From Bacillota bacterium (GTDB taxonomy: Bacteria; Bacillota; Clostridia; Christensenellales; UBA1242), in the NCBI GenBank assembly GCA_009780625.1, contig WQZR01000001.1:1-40268 (forward strand): 40,268 nt of DNA, in the 5' to 3' direction. Position 1 is the first letter of the stretch, and each line of letters opens with the position of its first letter. A program made the position numbers and the translations under genes. This document shows positions 7,373-17,051 of this stretch, piece by piece. The notes under the pieces are model-generated. The model made no database searches. It had not been told where the DNA came from and saw only the letters and a list, made by a program, of their open reading frames with translations.

Positions 7373-8212
7373 ATGATAAGAATACTTACAGACAGCAGTT
7401 CAGGTCTGACACTAAACGATGCCAAAAAGATTGGAGTTGAAATGGTTCATATGCCAATCAATTTCGATGGAACAGAATATATCGATGGGAAAGATTTAAA
7501 CCACGAAGAATTCTACAAAAAACTTGTGGAAAGCAAAAACCCTCCAAAAACATCTGCAATAAACCAAGCAACATTCGAAGAGATTTTCGAAGATGTAAAA
7601 AAGAAGGGAGAAGAGATGGTTGTTCTTCTAATTTCTTCTGGTCTTTCAGTGACAAACGACCAAGCAATGCAAGCCAAAGATGCAGTGGGTTATGACAAAA
7701 TTTATATAATCAACAGTCTAGCGACAGTTGCAACACTAATTGCACTTGTTATGGAAGCAGTAAGAATGAGAGACTCAAAAATGAAAGGGGCAGACATTGC
7801 AAAGGAACTTAATGTTCTTGTTCCAAAAGCTAAGTTGTTTGCATATGTTGACACACTTAAATATCTTAGAGCTGGCGGAAGAATCAGCGCAACTTCTGCA
7901 GTTGTTGGTGGTTTGCTTAACGTTAAGCCAATAATCATTCTAACAGAAGGAAAACTGGTTAATGAAAACAAATGTGTGGGTGCAGCAAAAGCAAAACAAT
8001 ATTTGTTAACAAAGTTTAAAGAATATAAAAACATCGACTTTTCAAAACCAGTTTACTTTGGCCATGCGCATACACACAAAGAATGCGAAAACCTAAAAGC
8101 AGCGGCAAAACAGATTCACAACTTCATAGACGGCGGAACGTGGTATATCTCTGCAACAGTTGGCACACATACAGGCCCAGGTGCAGTTTTGATTGCATTC
8201 TTTGAAAAATAA
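7373..8212 (+). CDS. DegV family fatty-acid-binding protein
   Basis: ILTDSSSGL N-terminus, VDTLKYLRAGGRIS, LLNVKPII. SD AGAGGAG. Confidence 0.9.
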   Translation: MIRILTDSSSGLTLNDAKKIGVEMVHMPINFDGTEYIDGKDLNHEEFYKKLVESKNPPKTSAINQATFEEIFEDVKKKGEEMVVLLISSGLSVTNDQAMQAKDAVGYDKIYIINSLATVATLIALVMEAVRMRDSKMKGADIAKELNVLVPKAKLFAYVDTLKYLRAGGRISATSAVVGGLLNVKPIIILTEGKLVNENKCVGAAKAKQYLLTKFKEYKNIDFSKPVYFGHAHTHKECENLKAAAKQIHNFIDGGTWYISATVGTHTGPGAVLIAFFEK

Positions 8213-8216
8213 GAAA

Positions 8217-8450
8217 CTAACCTAGATAGTTAAGCGGCTTGATTGCATCAGACTTAAGCATAAGTTTAAGTGTAATTAGACCGTCTTCATTGTCTATTTT
8301 CATAAGAGCGTTGCTGTCTTCAAAAACAAAATAGTTAGAGAGGCAGGAAATCAAATCGCTTCGAACAACTTCAATAAGTTTTTGCGGACCTTCGGTCTGC
8401 GGAAGAAGACTCAGCGTGCTGAGTCTTTTTTCTATAAGGTGTTGCTTCAC
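8217..8450 (-). CDS. minE: Cell division topological specificity factor MinE (probable)
   Basis: 77 aa. Its start overlaps the minD stop (ATGA). Size and position fit minE, but direct sequence similarity is weak. Confidence 0.6.
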   Translation of the reverse strand: MKQHLIEKRLSTLSLLPQTEGPQKLIEVVRSDLISCLSNYFVFEDSNALMKIDNEDGLITLKLMLKSDAIKPLNYLG

Positions 8451-9235
8451 AAGGCAGTTCTCCTTTTCTTAAATGCACCCCAAAGTCCGGTGTATGGTTT
8501 TTTTGCATCATATATAATTCGACTTCCAGTGTCGATGTTCTGTGCGGCAATTTTTAGAGCCTTTTCAACTTCTCCACCTTTTGCAGAAGAGCCAATGTTT
8601 CCCGAAAAACCCATCTGGTCGCTTTCTGGAATTACTGCAAGAAGAGGGCATTTGATGAAAGATTCAATTGCCGAAATGCTAAGCGTTTCTTCGTTCTTTA
8701 ACATATCACCTCGAACCCTGTTCACAACAAAGTTTGTTTCAGCAATTTCAAGGCTTTTGAGAATAGTTAGAACTTTTGCTGCGTCTCTAATGGCCGATAT
8801 ATGCGGCGTGGTTAAAATAATTGCTTCGTTTGCAACTTTGGCTGCTTTATAGAAACCTTCGTCCACACCCGCAGGGCTATCCAAAAGTATATAGTCAAAT
8901 TCACCTTCTAATAGCCCTATCATTTCTTGGAGTTTTTCAACCGTCACAAGATGCCTGCCATAGCTTTGGCAACTTGGCAGAACATGCAAAAGTGGGTGAA
9001 TAGACGTTTTAACAAGTGCTTGTTTAAGTCTGCATTTTCCAGAAACAACATCAACAATGTCGTATATAATTTGATTTTCAATTCCAGAAACAACGTCTAG
9101 GTTATTAAGCCCCAAATCTAAATCCAAAAGAACAACCTTTCTTCCAAGTTTGGCTAGTTGTGCTCCAATGTTTAGACTAAAGCTGGTTTTTCCAACTCCG
9201 CCCTTTCCTGAGGTTATAACAATCTTTCTGCTCAT
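8447..9235 (-). CDS. minD: Septum site-determining ATPase MinD
   Basis: ITSGKGGVGKT deviant Walker A, 262 aa, ParA/MinD layout. Confidence 0.9.
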   Translation of the reverse strand: MSRKIVITSGKGGVGKTSFSLNIGAQLAKLGRKVVLLDLDLGLNNLDVVSGIENQIIYDIVDVVSGKCRLKQALVKTSIHPLLHVLPSCQSYGRHLVTVEKLQEMIGLLEGEFDYILLDSPAGVDEGFYKAAKVANEAIILTTPHISAIRDAAKVLTILKSLEIAETNFVVNRVRGDMLKNEETLSISAIESFIKCPLLAVIPESDQMGFSGNIGSSAKGGEVEKALKIAAQNIDTGSRIIYDAKKPYTGLWGAFKKRRTAL

Positions 9236-9343
9236 GAGGAAAGTTTTACATATAGAGCGGTGCAGAATTTGGCGAGTGCTTTGTTTATTTGCAAACTATT
9301 GTCAAACCCACATATAGATATAGTTCTTGGCATAGCATAGATT

Positions 9344-9913
9344 ATGAAAAACTTTGAAGGAACAGAATTCTTTTTAGGCACACCAACAAGGCTTGATTAT
9401 TTAAGAGAACTAAAACAGAGGCAGGAGATGGAAAGAGAAGAAACATTCGAACAAAGAGTTCTTAGAGAAAGAGAGCGTGAGGCAGAGAAGGTTGAACTGC
9501 AAACAAAAATGATTAGAGAAAAAATTCAAACACAACTGCTTCTTGAAGACTTTTCAAACACCAGTTTTTTGGAGTTTAAAAAAGAAATTGTACTCCGTGC
9601 ACCTGAAGGTGTAGGGGTCGCATCACCATGCGACCCTGTTGAGGTTGTCGACATTCGAGAGCGTATTGTTTCAAATGTAGGGGACGCGCCACAGAGCGTC
9701 CCAACAGAAAGAACCTTCAACGAAGAAGATTTCTCTAAACTTCTAAAAAAAAAGAAGAACAGCAAAAAAGGTGTTTTTGGCGAAATCGTTTTTCTTATAA
9801 CCCTCTTCTTTATGGCAACGCTTTTGTTGGTTATGATTTCTGGAACTTTTGACATAGGAATCATAGGAACATTTCTAAGAGAAGAGACAAATTTTCATGA
9901 AATATTTAGTTAA
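9344..9913 (+). CDS. Hypothetical protein with a charged N-terminal region and a C-terminal TM anchor
   Basis: Overlaps the downstream M50 protease gene by 17 nt. Contains two in-frame REP copies (GVGVASPCDP, NVGDAPQSVP). Confidence 0.6.
   Translation: MKNFEGTEFFLGTPTRLDYLRELKQRQEMEREETFEQRVLREREREAEKVELQTKMIREKIQTQLLLEDFSNTSFLEFKKEIVLRAPEGVGVASPCDPVEVVDIRERIVSNVGDAPQSVPTERTFNEEDFSKLLKKKKNSKKGVFGEIVFLITLFFMATLLLVMISGTFDIGIIGTFLREETNFHEIFS
9611..9636 (+). repeat. REP copy 4 (identical to copy 1)
   Basis: In frame in ORF 9344-9913 (GVGVASPCDP). Confidence 0.9.
9677..9702 (+). repeat. REP copy 5, stem variant GTAGGGGACGCGCCACAGAGCGTCCC
   Basis: T->A in the 5' arm is matched by A->T in the 3' arm, so pairing is kept. 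In frame (NVGDAPQSVP). Confidence 0.85.
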
Positions 9914-10577
9914 TAAAATCAACATTCATCCATTGTTTGTTGTGCTTGCAATAATAATGGTTATAACTGGCAACAGCTTGCCGTTTTTTACTTATATCTT
10001 GGTTTTGCTAATTCACGAAACAACCCACGCTGTGGTTGCGGCATGGTTTGGATATAAACTTCAAAACCTAACATTCATGCCGCAGGGAGCGATGCTAGAC
10101 GCTTCTGAACAATTTAAAACACCAATGCACGAAATCGTTGTTGCACTCTCTGCGCCAATTGTGAACATTCTTATAGCGTTTATTTTTATAGGAATTTGGT
10201 GGCTAATTCCTGAGAGTTATATTCTTACGGAGCAATTTGTACATGCAAATATTTTTATTGCAGTTTTTAATCTGCTTCCAATTTTGCCACTAGATGGTGG
10301 AAGAACAATGCTTGCAATTTGCTCTCACCACAAAAAAAGAAAACTAGGCGTTATTTTGACAACTGTGTTTGCTATTATAACCAGTGTTGTTTTGCTTATT
10401 CTGTTTGTTCTAAGTTTTTGGGGTTCAATCAATTTCACCTTTATAATCATGGCAATATTTCTTTTAAGTGGGCAATTCTTATATGAAAAAAGGAACGCAT
10501 ATTTTTATGATTACAAATTTAACGAAATTATAAAAATTCTAGAAAAAAGAGACTTGGGCAAAAAAATTCACTCTTGA
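9897..10577 (+). CDS. M50 family site-2 metalloprotease (SpoIVFB-like, short form)
   Basis: HETTHAVVA (HExxH) in a TM helix and NLLPILPLDGGR (NxxPxxxLDG). Polytopic membrane protein. Confidence 0.8.
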   Translation: MKYLVNKINIHPLFVVLAIIMVITGNSLPFFTYILVLLIHETTHAVVAAWFGYKLQNLTFMPQGAMLDASEQFKTPMHEIVVALSAPIVNILIAFIFIGIWWLIPESYILTEQFVHANIFIAVFNLLPILPLDGGRTMLAICSHHKKRKLGVILTTVFAIITSVVLLILFVLSFWGSINFTFIIMAIFLLSGQFLYEKRNAYFYDYKFNEIIKILEKRDLGKKIHS

Positions 10578-10602
10578 CAAGAGTCGAACTTGGGAGTACA
10601 AT
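10574..10602 (+). promoter_or_regulatory. Promoter TTGACA-17-TACAAT for 10635-11036
   Basis: Read directly. Confidence 0.6.
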
Positions 10603-10634
10603 AGGCAGACAAAAGAGAAAAGGAGACTTGTATT

Positions 10635-11036
10635 ATGACAACACCATTCGGAGTAGAAGCAACAAAGGAAATGTATGGTTTCGAAGCACTTGGAAAAGCA
10701 ATTGAAAGCAAAGAAATTGCTGTGAAAGATTTACCAAAAATGCTAGACAAAATTCTTATGGCTGCAGACCTAGAAGGTCTTGATGCGTTTGAAAACTTTA
10801 TCGTTGAAACAATCACACCATATAGAAAAAGAAAAGACTCAGGCTACGACAACGAAGCAGGCATTATGTATGACAAAACTTTCTTAGAAACAGAATATGA
10901 AGAAGCTCAAAAGAAACTTCTGGCAGATGTGACTCTAAGAAAAAAACTGTTAGAAATGGAAATGGAAAAGAGATATTCAAGCATTCAAGAAAGACTAGAG
11001 CAAAAAGCAAAACAAGCAGAAAGATTTATGCGTTAA
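10635..11036 (+). CDS. Hypothetical protein
   Basis: SD AAAGGAGA, consensus promoter upstream and terminator downstream. No family recognised. Confidence 0.6.
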   Translation: MTTPFGVEATKEMYGFEALGKAIESKEIAVKDLPKMLDKILMAADLEGLDAFENFIVETITPYRKRKDSGYDNEAGIMYDKTFLETEYEEAQKKLLADVTLRKKLLEMEMEKRYSSIQERLEQKAKQAERFMR

Positions 11037-11037
11037 C

Positions 11038-11067
11038 AAAAAGGGTCGCACCACGGTGCGACTTTTA
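11038..11067 (+). terminator. REP-related hairpin acting as a terminator after 10635-11036
   Basis: GTCGCACC..GGTGCGAC stem followed by TTTT. Confidence 0.55.
11043..11062 (+). repeat. Partial REP-like hairpin GGGTCGCACCACGGTGCGAC (no GTAG head), intergenic
   Basis: Shares GGGTCGCACC with the REP family. Flanked by an A-tract and TTTT. Confidence 0.6.
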
Positions 11068-11069
11068 AA

Positions 11070-11099
11070 TTGACATTTTTCCACTCTGTATGCTATAAT
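11070..11099 (+). promoter_or_regulatory. Promoter TTGACA-18-TGcTATAAT for the Ppx/GppA gene
   Basis: Read directly. Confidence 0.6.
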
Positions 11100-11132
11100 G
11101 CGTGCATTAAGTATTGAATTCAGTGAGGTTAT

Positions 11133-12647
11133 ATGAAAACAATCGGCATAATTGAATTAAATTCAAGCCACACGAAACTTACAATTTCAAAAAGAACAGG
11201 CGACACGTTTTTTACAAAAATTGATGAAGTTGTAGACTATATAAACATCGGCGAAGAAGCGACAAACGACCCAAAAGGGTATTTTATTAAACCGCAACGC
11301 GTTGCCGAAGTTTTGGAAATTCTTAAAGGATATCAAAAGCTTGTAAACAGCTATATGACAGATGAGGTTTTTGTTTATGCAACACACGCAATCAAAAACG
11401 CAAAAAACAATCAAAGCCTGATTGCAGAGGTTGGAACACTTTTTGGCTGGAAGGCAAGAATTCTTACAATGGAAGAAGAGGTGGGCTATGTTCAGTCTGC
11501 GGTGTTTAACACAATAGAAGCTCCAAAGGCTCTTGTTGCAATTGTGAACCCAACAAGCATTGAACTTGTTCTATATTCAAGAAGAAACATTCAACTTAAA
11601 AAAGTTATTGATTTTGGTCCAGAGAATATTGCAAAAGAAAACAAAGGCAGCCAAAAAGATTTAGCAAAAATCCTAGAAGAAAAAATTAAAAAAGAACTTG
11701 CAGCGATTGAAGAAATTAAAGAAATCGAACCAGACTTTTCTGTTGTTGCAGTGGGCTATGCAGCTGAAGCACTTGCACGCGTAAGCCACAACCAAAAGAA
11801 ATATAGTCTAGACATTGTTCACAACTATACACTAGACAAAAAAGACGTAAGAAAAGCAGAGGAGTTCCTTCTTGGTCTTGAAGTTGATGCAAACAAAAAG
11901 CTTAGAGGAATTAGCGAAGAGAGGGCAGACATTGTTCCACTTGGAGTTGTTGCTCTAAGAACAATTTTTGAAAGCACAGAACTAGAAGCAATGACAATAA
12001 GCACACATGGTCTAACATATGGTGCAATGCTTTCTCACATCAATCCAAGCATTGTTGAAAAACCAATCAACGACCTTCTTGGCTATTCACTCGACAAGCA
12101 GTTTGAAGAATATGAAGCAAGCCAAACAAACTCTAAAAACGTATATAACATTGCAATGATTTTGTTTAAAGAACTTAGAGTTCTTCACAAACTTCCAAGA
12201 ACATATGTAAAGAGTCTAAGAGTTGCATCTTTCATGCACGACGCTGGAAAGAGAATAGGTTTTGACAACCACCAAAAGAACGCATTCCCAATCATTTTGG
12301 CAAGCGAACTTTTTGGACTGACTCACAGAGAACTTCTTGTTGCAGCGTTTTCTGCACTAAGCGAAATTTCAACAAACCTAAACCCAACAGAACTAACTCG
12401 CCACAGAGAAATCATCACAACAGAAGATATTGATGCAATCAAAAAACTTGGCTCAATCATTCGTCTTGCAGAAAATATGGACAAGTGCTATAAGAATCTA
12501 GTTAAAGATATCAACTGCGATATTCTTGGTGACAGTGTTATTTTGAAAATTGAAACAGACCAAGATGCAAGTTTTGAAATAAAAGAAGCACTTAAAGCAA
12601 AAACAGACTTCTTCAGAGCATTTGGAAGAACTTTGGAATTGCTATAA
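11133..12647 (+). CDS. Ppx/GppA family phosphatase with a C-terminal HD-like domain
   Basis: N-terminal IGIIELNSSHTKLTI (ASKHA phosphate-1-like), 504 aa, FMHDAGKRIG HD-type motif. Confidence 0.8.
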   Translation: MKTIGIIELNSSHTKLTISKRTGDTFFTKIDEVVDYINIGEEATNDPKGYFIKPQRVAEVLEILKGYQKLVNSYMTDEVFVYATHAIKNAKNNQSLIAEVGTLFGWKARILTMEEEVGYVQSAVFNTIEAPKALVAIVNPTSIELVLYSRRNIQLKKVIDFGPENIAKENKGSQKDLAKILEEKIKKELAAIEEIKEIEPDFSVVAVGYAAEALARVSHNQKKYSLDIVHNYTLDKKDVRKAEEFLLGLEVDANKKLRGISEERADIVPLGVVALRTIFESTELEAMTISTHGLTYGAMLSHINPSIVEKPINDLLGYSLDKQFEEYEASQTNSKNVYNIAMILFKELRVLHKLPRTYVKSLRVASFMHDAGKRIGFDNHQKNAFPIILASELFGLTHRELLVAAFSALSEISTNLNPTELTRHREIITTEDIDAIKKLGSIIRLAENMDKCYKNLVKDINCDILGDSVILKIETDQDASFEIKEALKAKTDFFRAFGRTLELL

Positions 12648-12669
12648 TATAATGAAAGAACAAAAACAA

Positions 12670-12695
12670 AAAAGCAGGAAAACCTGCTTTTTTTA
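12670..12695 (+). terminator. Terminator after the Ppx/GppA gene
   Basis: AGCAGG-AAAA-CCTGCT plus T7. Confidence 0.8.
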
Positions 12696-12799
12696 TGTCG
12701 TTTTTTTAAATATTGTTATGGACAATTCATAGAAACAGTGATATACTTTTGTTACAATCAAGAAGTCTAAGGAAAAATATAACATAGGAGAATAACAAC

Positions 12800-15700
12800 A
12801 TGGGGAATGAAAGAAACAATCCAGGATTTTTGAAAAGAATGGCAATAGGAACAGTAGCGTTTTTCACTAGACCAAGAGCGGGCGCATTGGCGGCTTTAGC
12901 ACTTGTTCCAGTTGCAGCAATAACACTAACAGCGTGCGGAGGAGGTGGCGGCGGACAACAACAGCAACAAACAGTTCAACTTGGAAACGTTGCAGGTCTT
13001 GCAGTTGCAAAATCTGGTGAAGTGACATGGACGTCTCCAGCGTCAGGAACACACGAACACGGTGCGAATATCCGACTTACAATAAACGGAACAGACTCAA
13101 CAGTTGCGGCAACTGCTGGAAGTTTCCAAATAGCAGATGTTCAACCAGAAACAACATATAATGTAAGTGCAGTTTTCACAAGAGCAGAAAACTCAACTCA
13201 TAAATTTACAAATTCTGCAGCGGCAGCAACAGCAAACATGACAACAGACCCAGCAACTGCACAAAAAACAACAGTGACACTCGCTAACGTTCAAGGTCTT
13301 GCAGTTGCAAAATCAGGTGCAATCACTTGGACAGTTCCAACAGCAGGAACAAACGAGCGTGATGCAAACATTCAATTGACAGTGAACAGCGGCTCGCCAA
13401 TCACTTTGGCAGCAACAGCAGGCACACATCAAATTGCAAGCGTTCAACCACTAACAACATATAACGTAAGTGCAATTTTCTCAAGAGCAGAAAACGATAC
13501 GCATATATTCAACAACAGTGCAGTGCCAGCAACAGCAAGCATGACAACAGAGCCTCCTCAAGTTCAATCTGTTTCTTTAAATATTGACACAAGAGTGATT
13601 TCTGTAAGCAGAGTTTCAGGTCCTGCAAACCTTGCAATTCCAGTTGACGTGAAACTGATTAACAACGCAAACCAAGCAGTTATATGGGAAGGAATAGTTG
13701 CGGCAAATCAAACAACTGTAACAATTCCACAACCTAGCTGGCAAACAGACGTTACGGTTAGAGTTGAAGCATCAAAACAAGGTTCAACAGCAGCTGCAGT
13801 AAGTTCAGTTGCAGTATACATTCCAGAACCAGGTGTAACCCAACAAGACGCACAACTTGGAAACATCACAAACCTTCAAATTTCAACAGCGGGTCTAGTT
13901 ACATGGACACGCCCAACAGGAGTACACGATGCAGACGCATCAGTTGCGTTAACAATCAACGGAACAACTCACACAATCGCACCAGATGCACCATCACAAA
14001 CATTCCAAATAACAACAACACCAGGCATGAAATATGAAGCAAGTGCAATCATGACAAGAACAAGCAATGCACAATATAACTTCCTTCCAAGCACAACGCC
14101 TGCAACTGCAGAACGCACAATCGACAAACAGTCAATTCAACTTGGGCAAATTTCAAACCTAAGAATAAATGCAGCAGGTCTAATTCAATGGGACCTTCCA
14201 GCAGGGGCACACAACTCAGGTGCAATTGTTAATATGACAATTATTGGGGTAAATGGAAACAATCCTTTTGTTCCAGCAAACGCAACAAGCCACCAGCTTA
14301 CATCAGGCATCACACCAGGTGCAAACTTCAGTGTTAGTGCTTTCCTAACAAAAGCAGAAGATGCAACAACAATCTTCACACAAGGACCAACTGTAGGACC
14401 ACAAACACTTCAAGTTCCAAAAACACAAGTTCAACTTGGACAGATTTCAAATCTTAGAATCACAAGCGGCGGTCTAATCCAGTGGGACAGACCAGCAGGA
14501 GAGCATAACGAAGGCGCAACAGTTAACCTAATAATTCCAGGAATCAACAGTGGGCAACCTTTCCAAGCCGAAGGTCCAACAAGTCACCAACTTATGAGCA
14601 CACAAGCCGGCAATCAGTTTACTGTAAGTGCATTCTTAACAAGACCAGAAAACACAACAACAACATTCACACAGGGTGCAACAACATCGCCAGTGAACCT
14701 TACAGTTCCAAAAGTTCAAGCTCAACTTGGAAACGTAACAGGCGTTTCAATTTCAAACACAGGTCTAGTTCAATGGACGCGTCCAACAGGAACACACGAC
14801 ACAGCCGCGTCTGTTCAACTTACAATTGCAGGATATAGAAACGGAGAAGCTTTCACAGTAAGCCCGCAAAACTCATCGAGCTATCAAATGTTGGCAGCAA
14901 ACGCAGGTGGAACACTTGCAGGAAAAACATTCTCTGTAAGTTCAGCAATAATGACAAGAGCCGAAAACGACACTCATACATTCAGTAACAGCCAAACACC
15001 AGCAACAAGCAATCCTGTAACAATTCCAGCTGGGTTGACAAACGTTGCAAGAGATGTTGTAGACCTTACAGCAGAAAGTAATTATTTAGTTATGACACTT
15101 GCTCCAGAGTTCTGGGAGTTTAGTGACCAGCGAGTTAGAGTTCAAGTTCGTAGCCAAAATGGAGGAGAAGCGATTTCGAATTGGCTTGAAGTTTGGAGCA
15201 ACACGCCATTTAGAGAAGGAAACACAAATCAAGTTCGCATTCCACTAGCAGAATTTAATTTTGACGATATGATAGATAATGCAGTGCCAACAGGAGTTCC
15301 TCTTCAATTTAGAACTCAAGCAAGAAACACCTCTGCAAACTGGATTACTGCAAAAAACTTTAACGATATAACAGTTCCAGTTCCAAAAACACAAGTTCAA
15401 CTTGGAAACCTAACAAACGTTAGGATAAACAATGCTGGTCTTGTTCAGTGGGATATTCCAGCAGGGGCAGGAAATGCAGGTGCACAAATTCAACTGACAA
15501 TTTCTAACTATAAAGGTGGAGACCCAATCACATTAAGTCCGGGAGCAACTTCATATCAGATGCAGGCTGCAAACGCAGGGGGAACGCTTGTTGGAAAAAC
15601 ATTCACTGCGTCGGCACAACTGATGGGTTATGAGGACCCGACAACTGTTTTCCTATCTGGCTCGGCAGCAACTTCTGCTCCTAGAACAATTCAAGAAATT

Positions 15701-17014
15701 CAACAACCAGGGCAAGTTCCAGGTGCAACAAACATCATACCTATAGACGTGTGGAATGCAATGCAACAGGGTGGAGTTTTGATGGGCAATAACGCAGACC
15801 TAAATAGACTGCGCGCTGCAATTGGTGGAAGACTTGTGGAAGAAGGCTTAATGTCTGGAAACCAAAATATTGTTGGTGTGCTTAACATGCAAACAATCAA
15901 CACAACTGGTGATGGTTGGTTCCCACTAGGTGCGGGAGTCAATGGTCTTATGACAGCAGATAATGACACTTTAACTTTCACTGTGTTCATAAGAGATGGA
16001 AGTGGTCCAATTGAAATGCATAATGTGACATTCACGCTTGTGAAAGACTGGGATATTCGTCAACTTCAAAATAGTGGAAATAACTTAAACTCTGTTATAA
16101 ATTCGCTTATTGGTTCTTCTGACAACGGCGGACCAATCAATGCTGGCAGCACATCTGTAAGCATGACACGAGCAGACACAAACTTTGCAACTTGGGCAAT
16201 GACTGAACAAGTTGCGCCACAAATCACACAAAACGGAAATACGGTTATTGTTTCAGGGTTAAACCCAACAAACGGTCTAGTTGTAACAAGAACCTGGGGT
16301 GCTGGTGGACTTACTTCAGGTGCACAAACAGCATGGAACAACGGTGTTACAGAACCAGGTGGAATTATTGCATGGCTTCAAAGTGCTCCTCCAGAGGAAA
16401 CCAACACTCATGCAGCTGCTCAACTTTTGATTCAATATGGTGTTACAACTATAGAAGAATTAGTAATGTTGGCTTATATGGACTTTGGTGACGGAGAACT
16501 AACTGGAGCACAAACCGCACTTATAGCACACTTCTCACGACAAGTGACGACAAACTTAGGACAAGACATATTCGGTTCACTCAGCGGACGTATGACGGTA
16601 AACAACAATGAAGTTATTGACGCAATCAAAGCTGCAGATTTACACCTCCCACCTTCAAATGAAGGACCAGATGGTGCAGATATGGGAATAAGCAGTGCGA
16701 TGATGCCAATGAGTTTCGGAAACGACGCATATGATGTGTTTACAATTGGAACAGTTGTGAGCCCAGAAATTGAAAAAGCAATGGCAGAAATAAAAGCAAC
16801 GCTTGGCGAGTTGTATGAAAAGAAAGCAGAACTTGAAGCAATGGCAGATAAGGAAACAATCATTGATGGCTTAAGCCCATATGCTGCAGAAAGTTTTAAA
16901 CTAGACTTAAAAATCAAAAAACTTGAAGCAGAGCTTAAAGCATATCAGGAACAAATTATGCCAGAACAAATCTTTATGGTTAAAAAGCCAACAAACACAG
17001 ACCCACTAGCATAA
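12800..17014 (+). CDS. Giant surface lipoprotein with seven ~100-aa beta-sandwich-like repeat modules
   Basis: Signal peptide plus lipobox LTAC followed by GGGGGGQQQQQ. Repeated (V/A)QLGN..G(L/V).(V/I)...G.(V/I).W..P.G.H module. C-terminal coiled coil. Confidence 0.85.
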   Translation: MGNERNNPGFLKRMAIGTVAFFTRPRAGALAALALVPVAAITLTACGGGGGGQQQQQTVQLGNVAGLAVAKSGEVTWTSPASGTHEHGANIRLTINGTDSTVAATAGSFQIADVQPETTYNVSAVFTRAENSTHKFTNSAAAATANMTTDPATAQKTTVTLANVQGLAVAKSGAITWTVPTAGTNERDANIQLTVNSGSPITLAATAGTHQIASVQPLTTYNVSAIFSRAENDTHIFNNSAVPATASMTTEPPQVQSVSLNIDTRVISVSRVSGPANLAIPVDVKLINNANQAVIWEGIVAANQTTVTIPQPSWQTDVTVRVEASKQGSTAAAVSSVAVYIPEPGVTQQDAQLGNITNLQISTAGLVTWTRPTGVHDADASVALTINGTTHTIAPDAPSQTFQITTTPGMKYEASAIMTRTSNAQYNFLPSTTPATAERTIDKQSIQLGQISNLRINAAGLIQWDLPAGAHNSGAIVNMTIIGVNGNNPFVPANATSHQLTSGITPGANFSVSAFLTKAEDATTIFTQGPTVGPQTLQVPKTQVQLGQISNLRITSGGLIQWDRPAGEHNEGATVNLIIPGINSGQPFQAEGPTSHQLMSTQAGNQFTVSAFLTRPENTTTTFTQGATTSPVNLTVPKVQAQLGNVTGVSISNTGLVQWTRPTGTHDTAASVQLTIAGYRNGEAFTVSPQNSSSYQMLAANAGGTLAGKTFSVSSAIMTRAENDTHTFSNSQTPATSNPVTIPAGLTNVARDVVDLTAESNYLVMTLAPEFWEFSDQRVRVQVRSQNGGEAISNWLEVWSNTPFREGNTNQVRIPLAEFNFDDMIDNAVPTGVPLQFRTQARNTSANWITAKNFNDITVPVPKTQVQLGNLTNVRINNAGLVQWDIPAGAGNAGAQIQLTISNYKGGDPITLSPGATSYQMQAANAGGTLVGKTFTASAQLMGYEDPTTVFLSGSAATSAPRTIQEIQQPGQVPGATNIIPIDVWNAMQQGGVLMGNNADLNRLRAAIGGRLVEEGLMSGNQNIVGVLNMQTINTTGDGWFPLGAGVNGLMTADNDTLTFTVFIRDGSGPIEMHNVTFTLVKDWDIRQLQNSGNNLNSVINSLIGSSDNGGPINAGSTSVSMTRADTNFATWAMTEQVAPQITQNGNTVIVSGLNPTNGLVVTRTWGAGGLTSGAQTAWNNGVTEPGGIIAWLQSAPPEETNTHAAAQLLIQYGVTTIEELVMLAYMDFGDGELTGAQTALIAHFSRQVTTNLGQDIFGSLSGRMTVNNNEVIDAIKAADLHLPPSNEGPDGADMGISSAMMPMSFGNDAYDVFTIGTVVSPEIEKAMAEIKATLGELYEKKAELEAMADKETIIDGLSPYAAESFKLDLKIKKLEAELKAYQEQIMPEQIFMVKKPTNTDPLA
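12974..15694 (+). repeat. Seven diverged intragenic repeat modules
   Basis: Module starts at about 12974, 13274, 13850, 14135, 14429, 14720 and 15395. Each begins xQLG(N/Q) and ends (T/S)A.(F/M)(T/S)R.EN..(H/T).F. Two unrelated inserts interrupt the array at aa 257-350 and 745-865. Confidence 0.8.
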
Positions 17015-17023
17015 CAATTTAAA

Positions 17024-17051
17024 CAAAAAAACGCTCAGAGGCGTTTTTTTA
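17024..17051 (+). terminator. Terminator after the giant lipoprotein gene
   Basis: AAACGC-TCAGAG-GCGTTT plus a T-run. Confidence 0.65.

Noticed and set aside
8217-9343. The missing minC as a gene loss of interest
   Set aside because: minC may simply lie elsewhere. A gene's absence from a 40-kb window is not evidence of its absence from the genome.
12938-12973. The Gly6-Gln5 run after the lipobox as a slippage-prone microsatellite
   Set aside because: The codons are mixed (GGA GGA GGT GGC GGC GGA CAA CAA CAG CAA CAA), so there is no perfect nucleotide repeat long enough for efficient slipped-strand mispairing.
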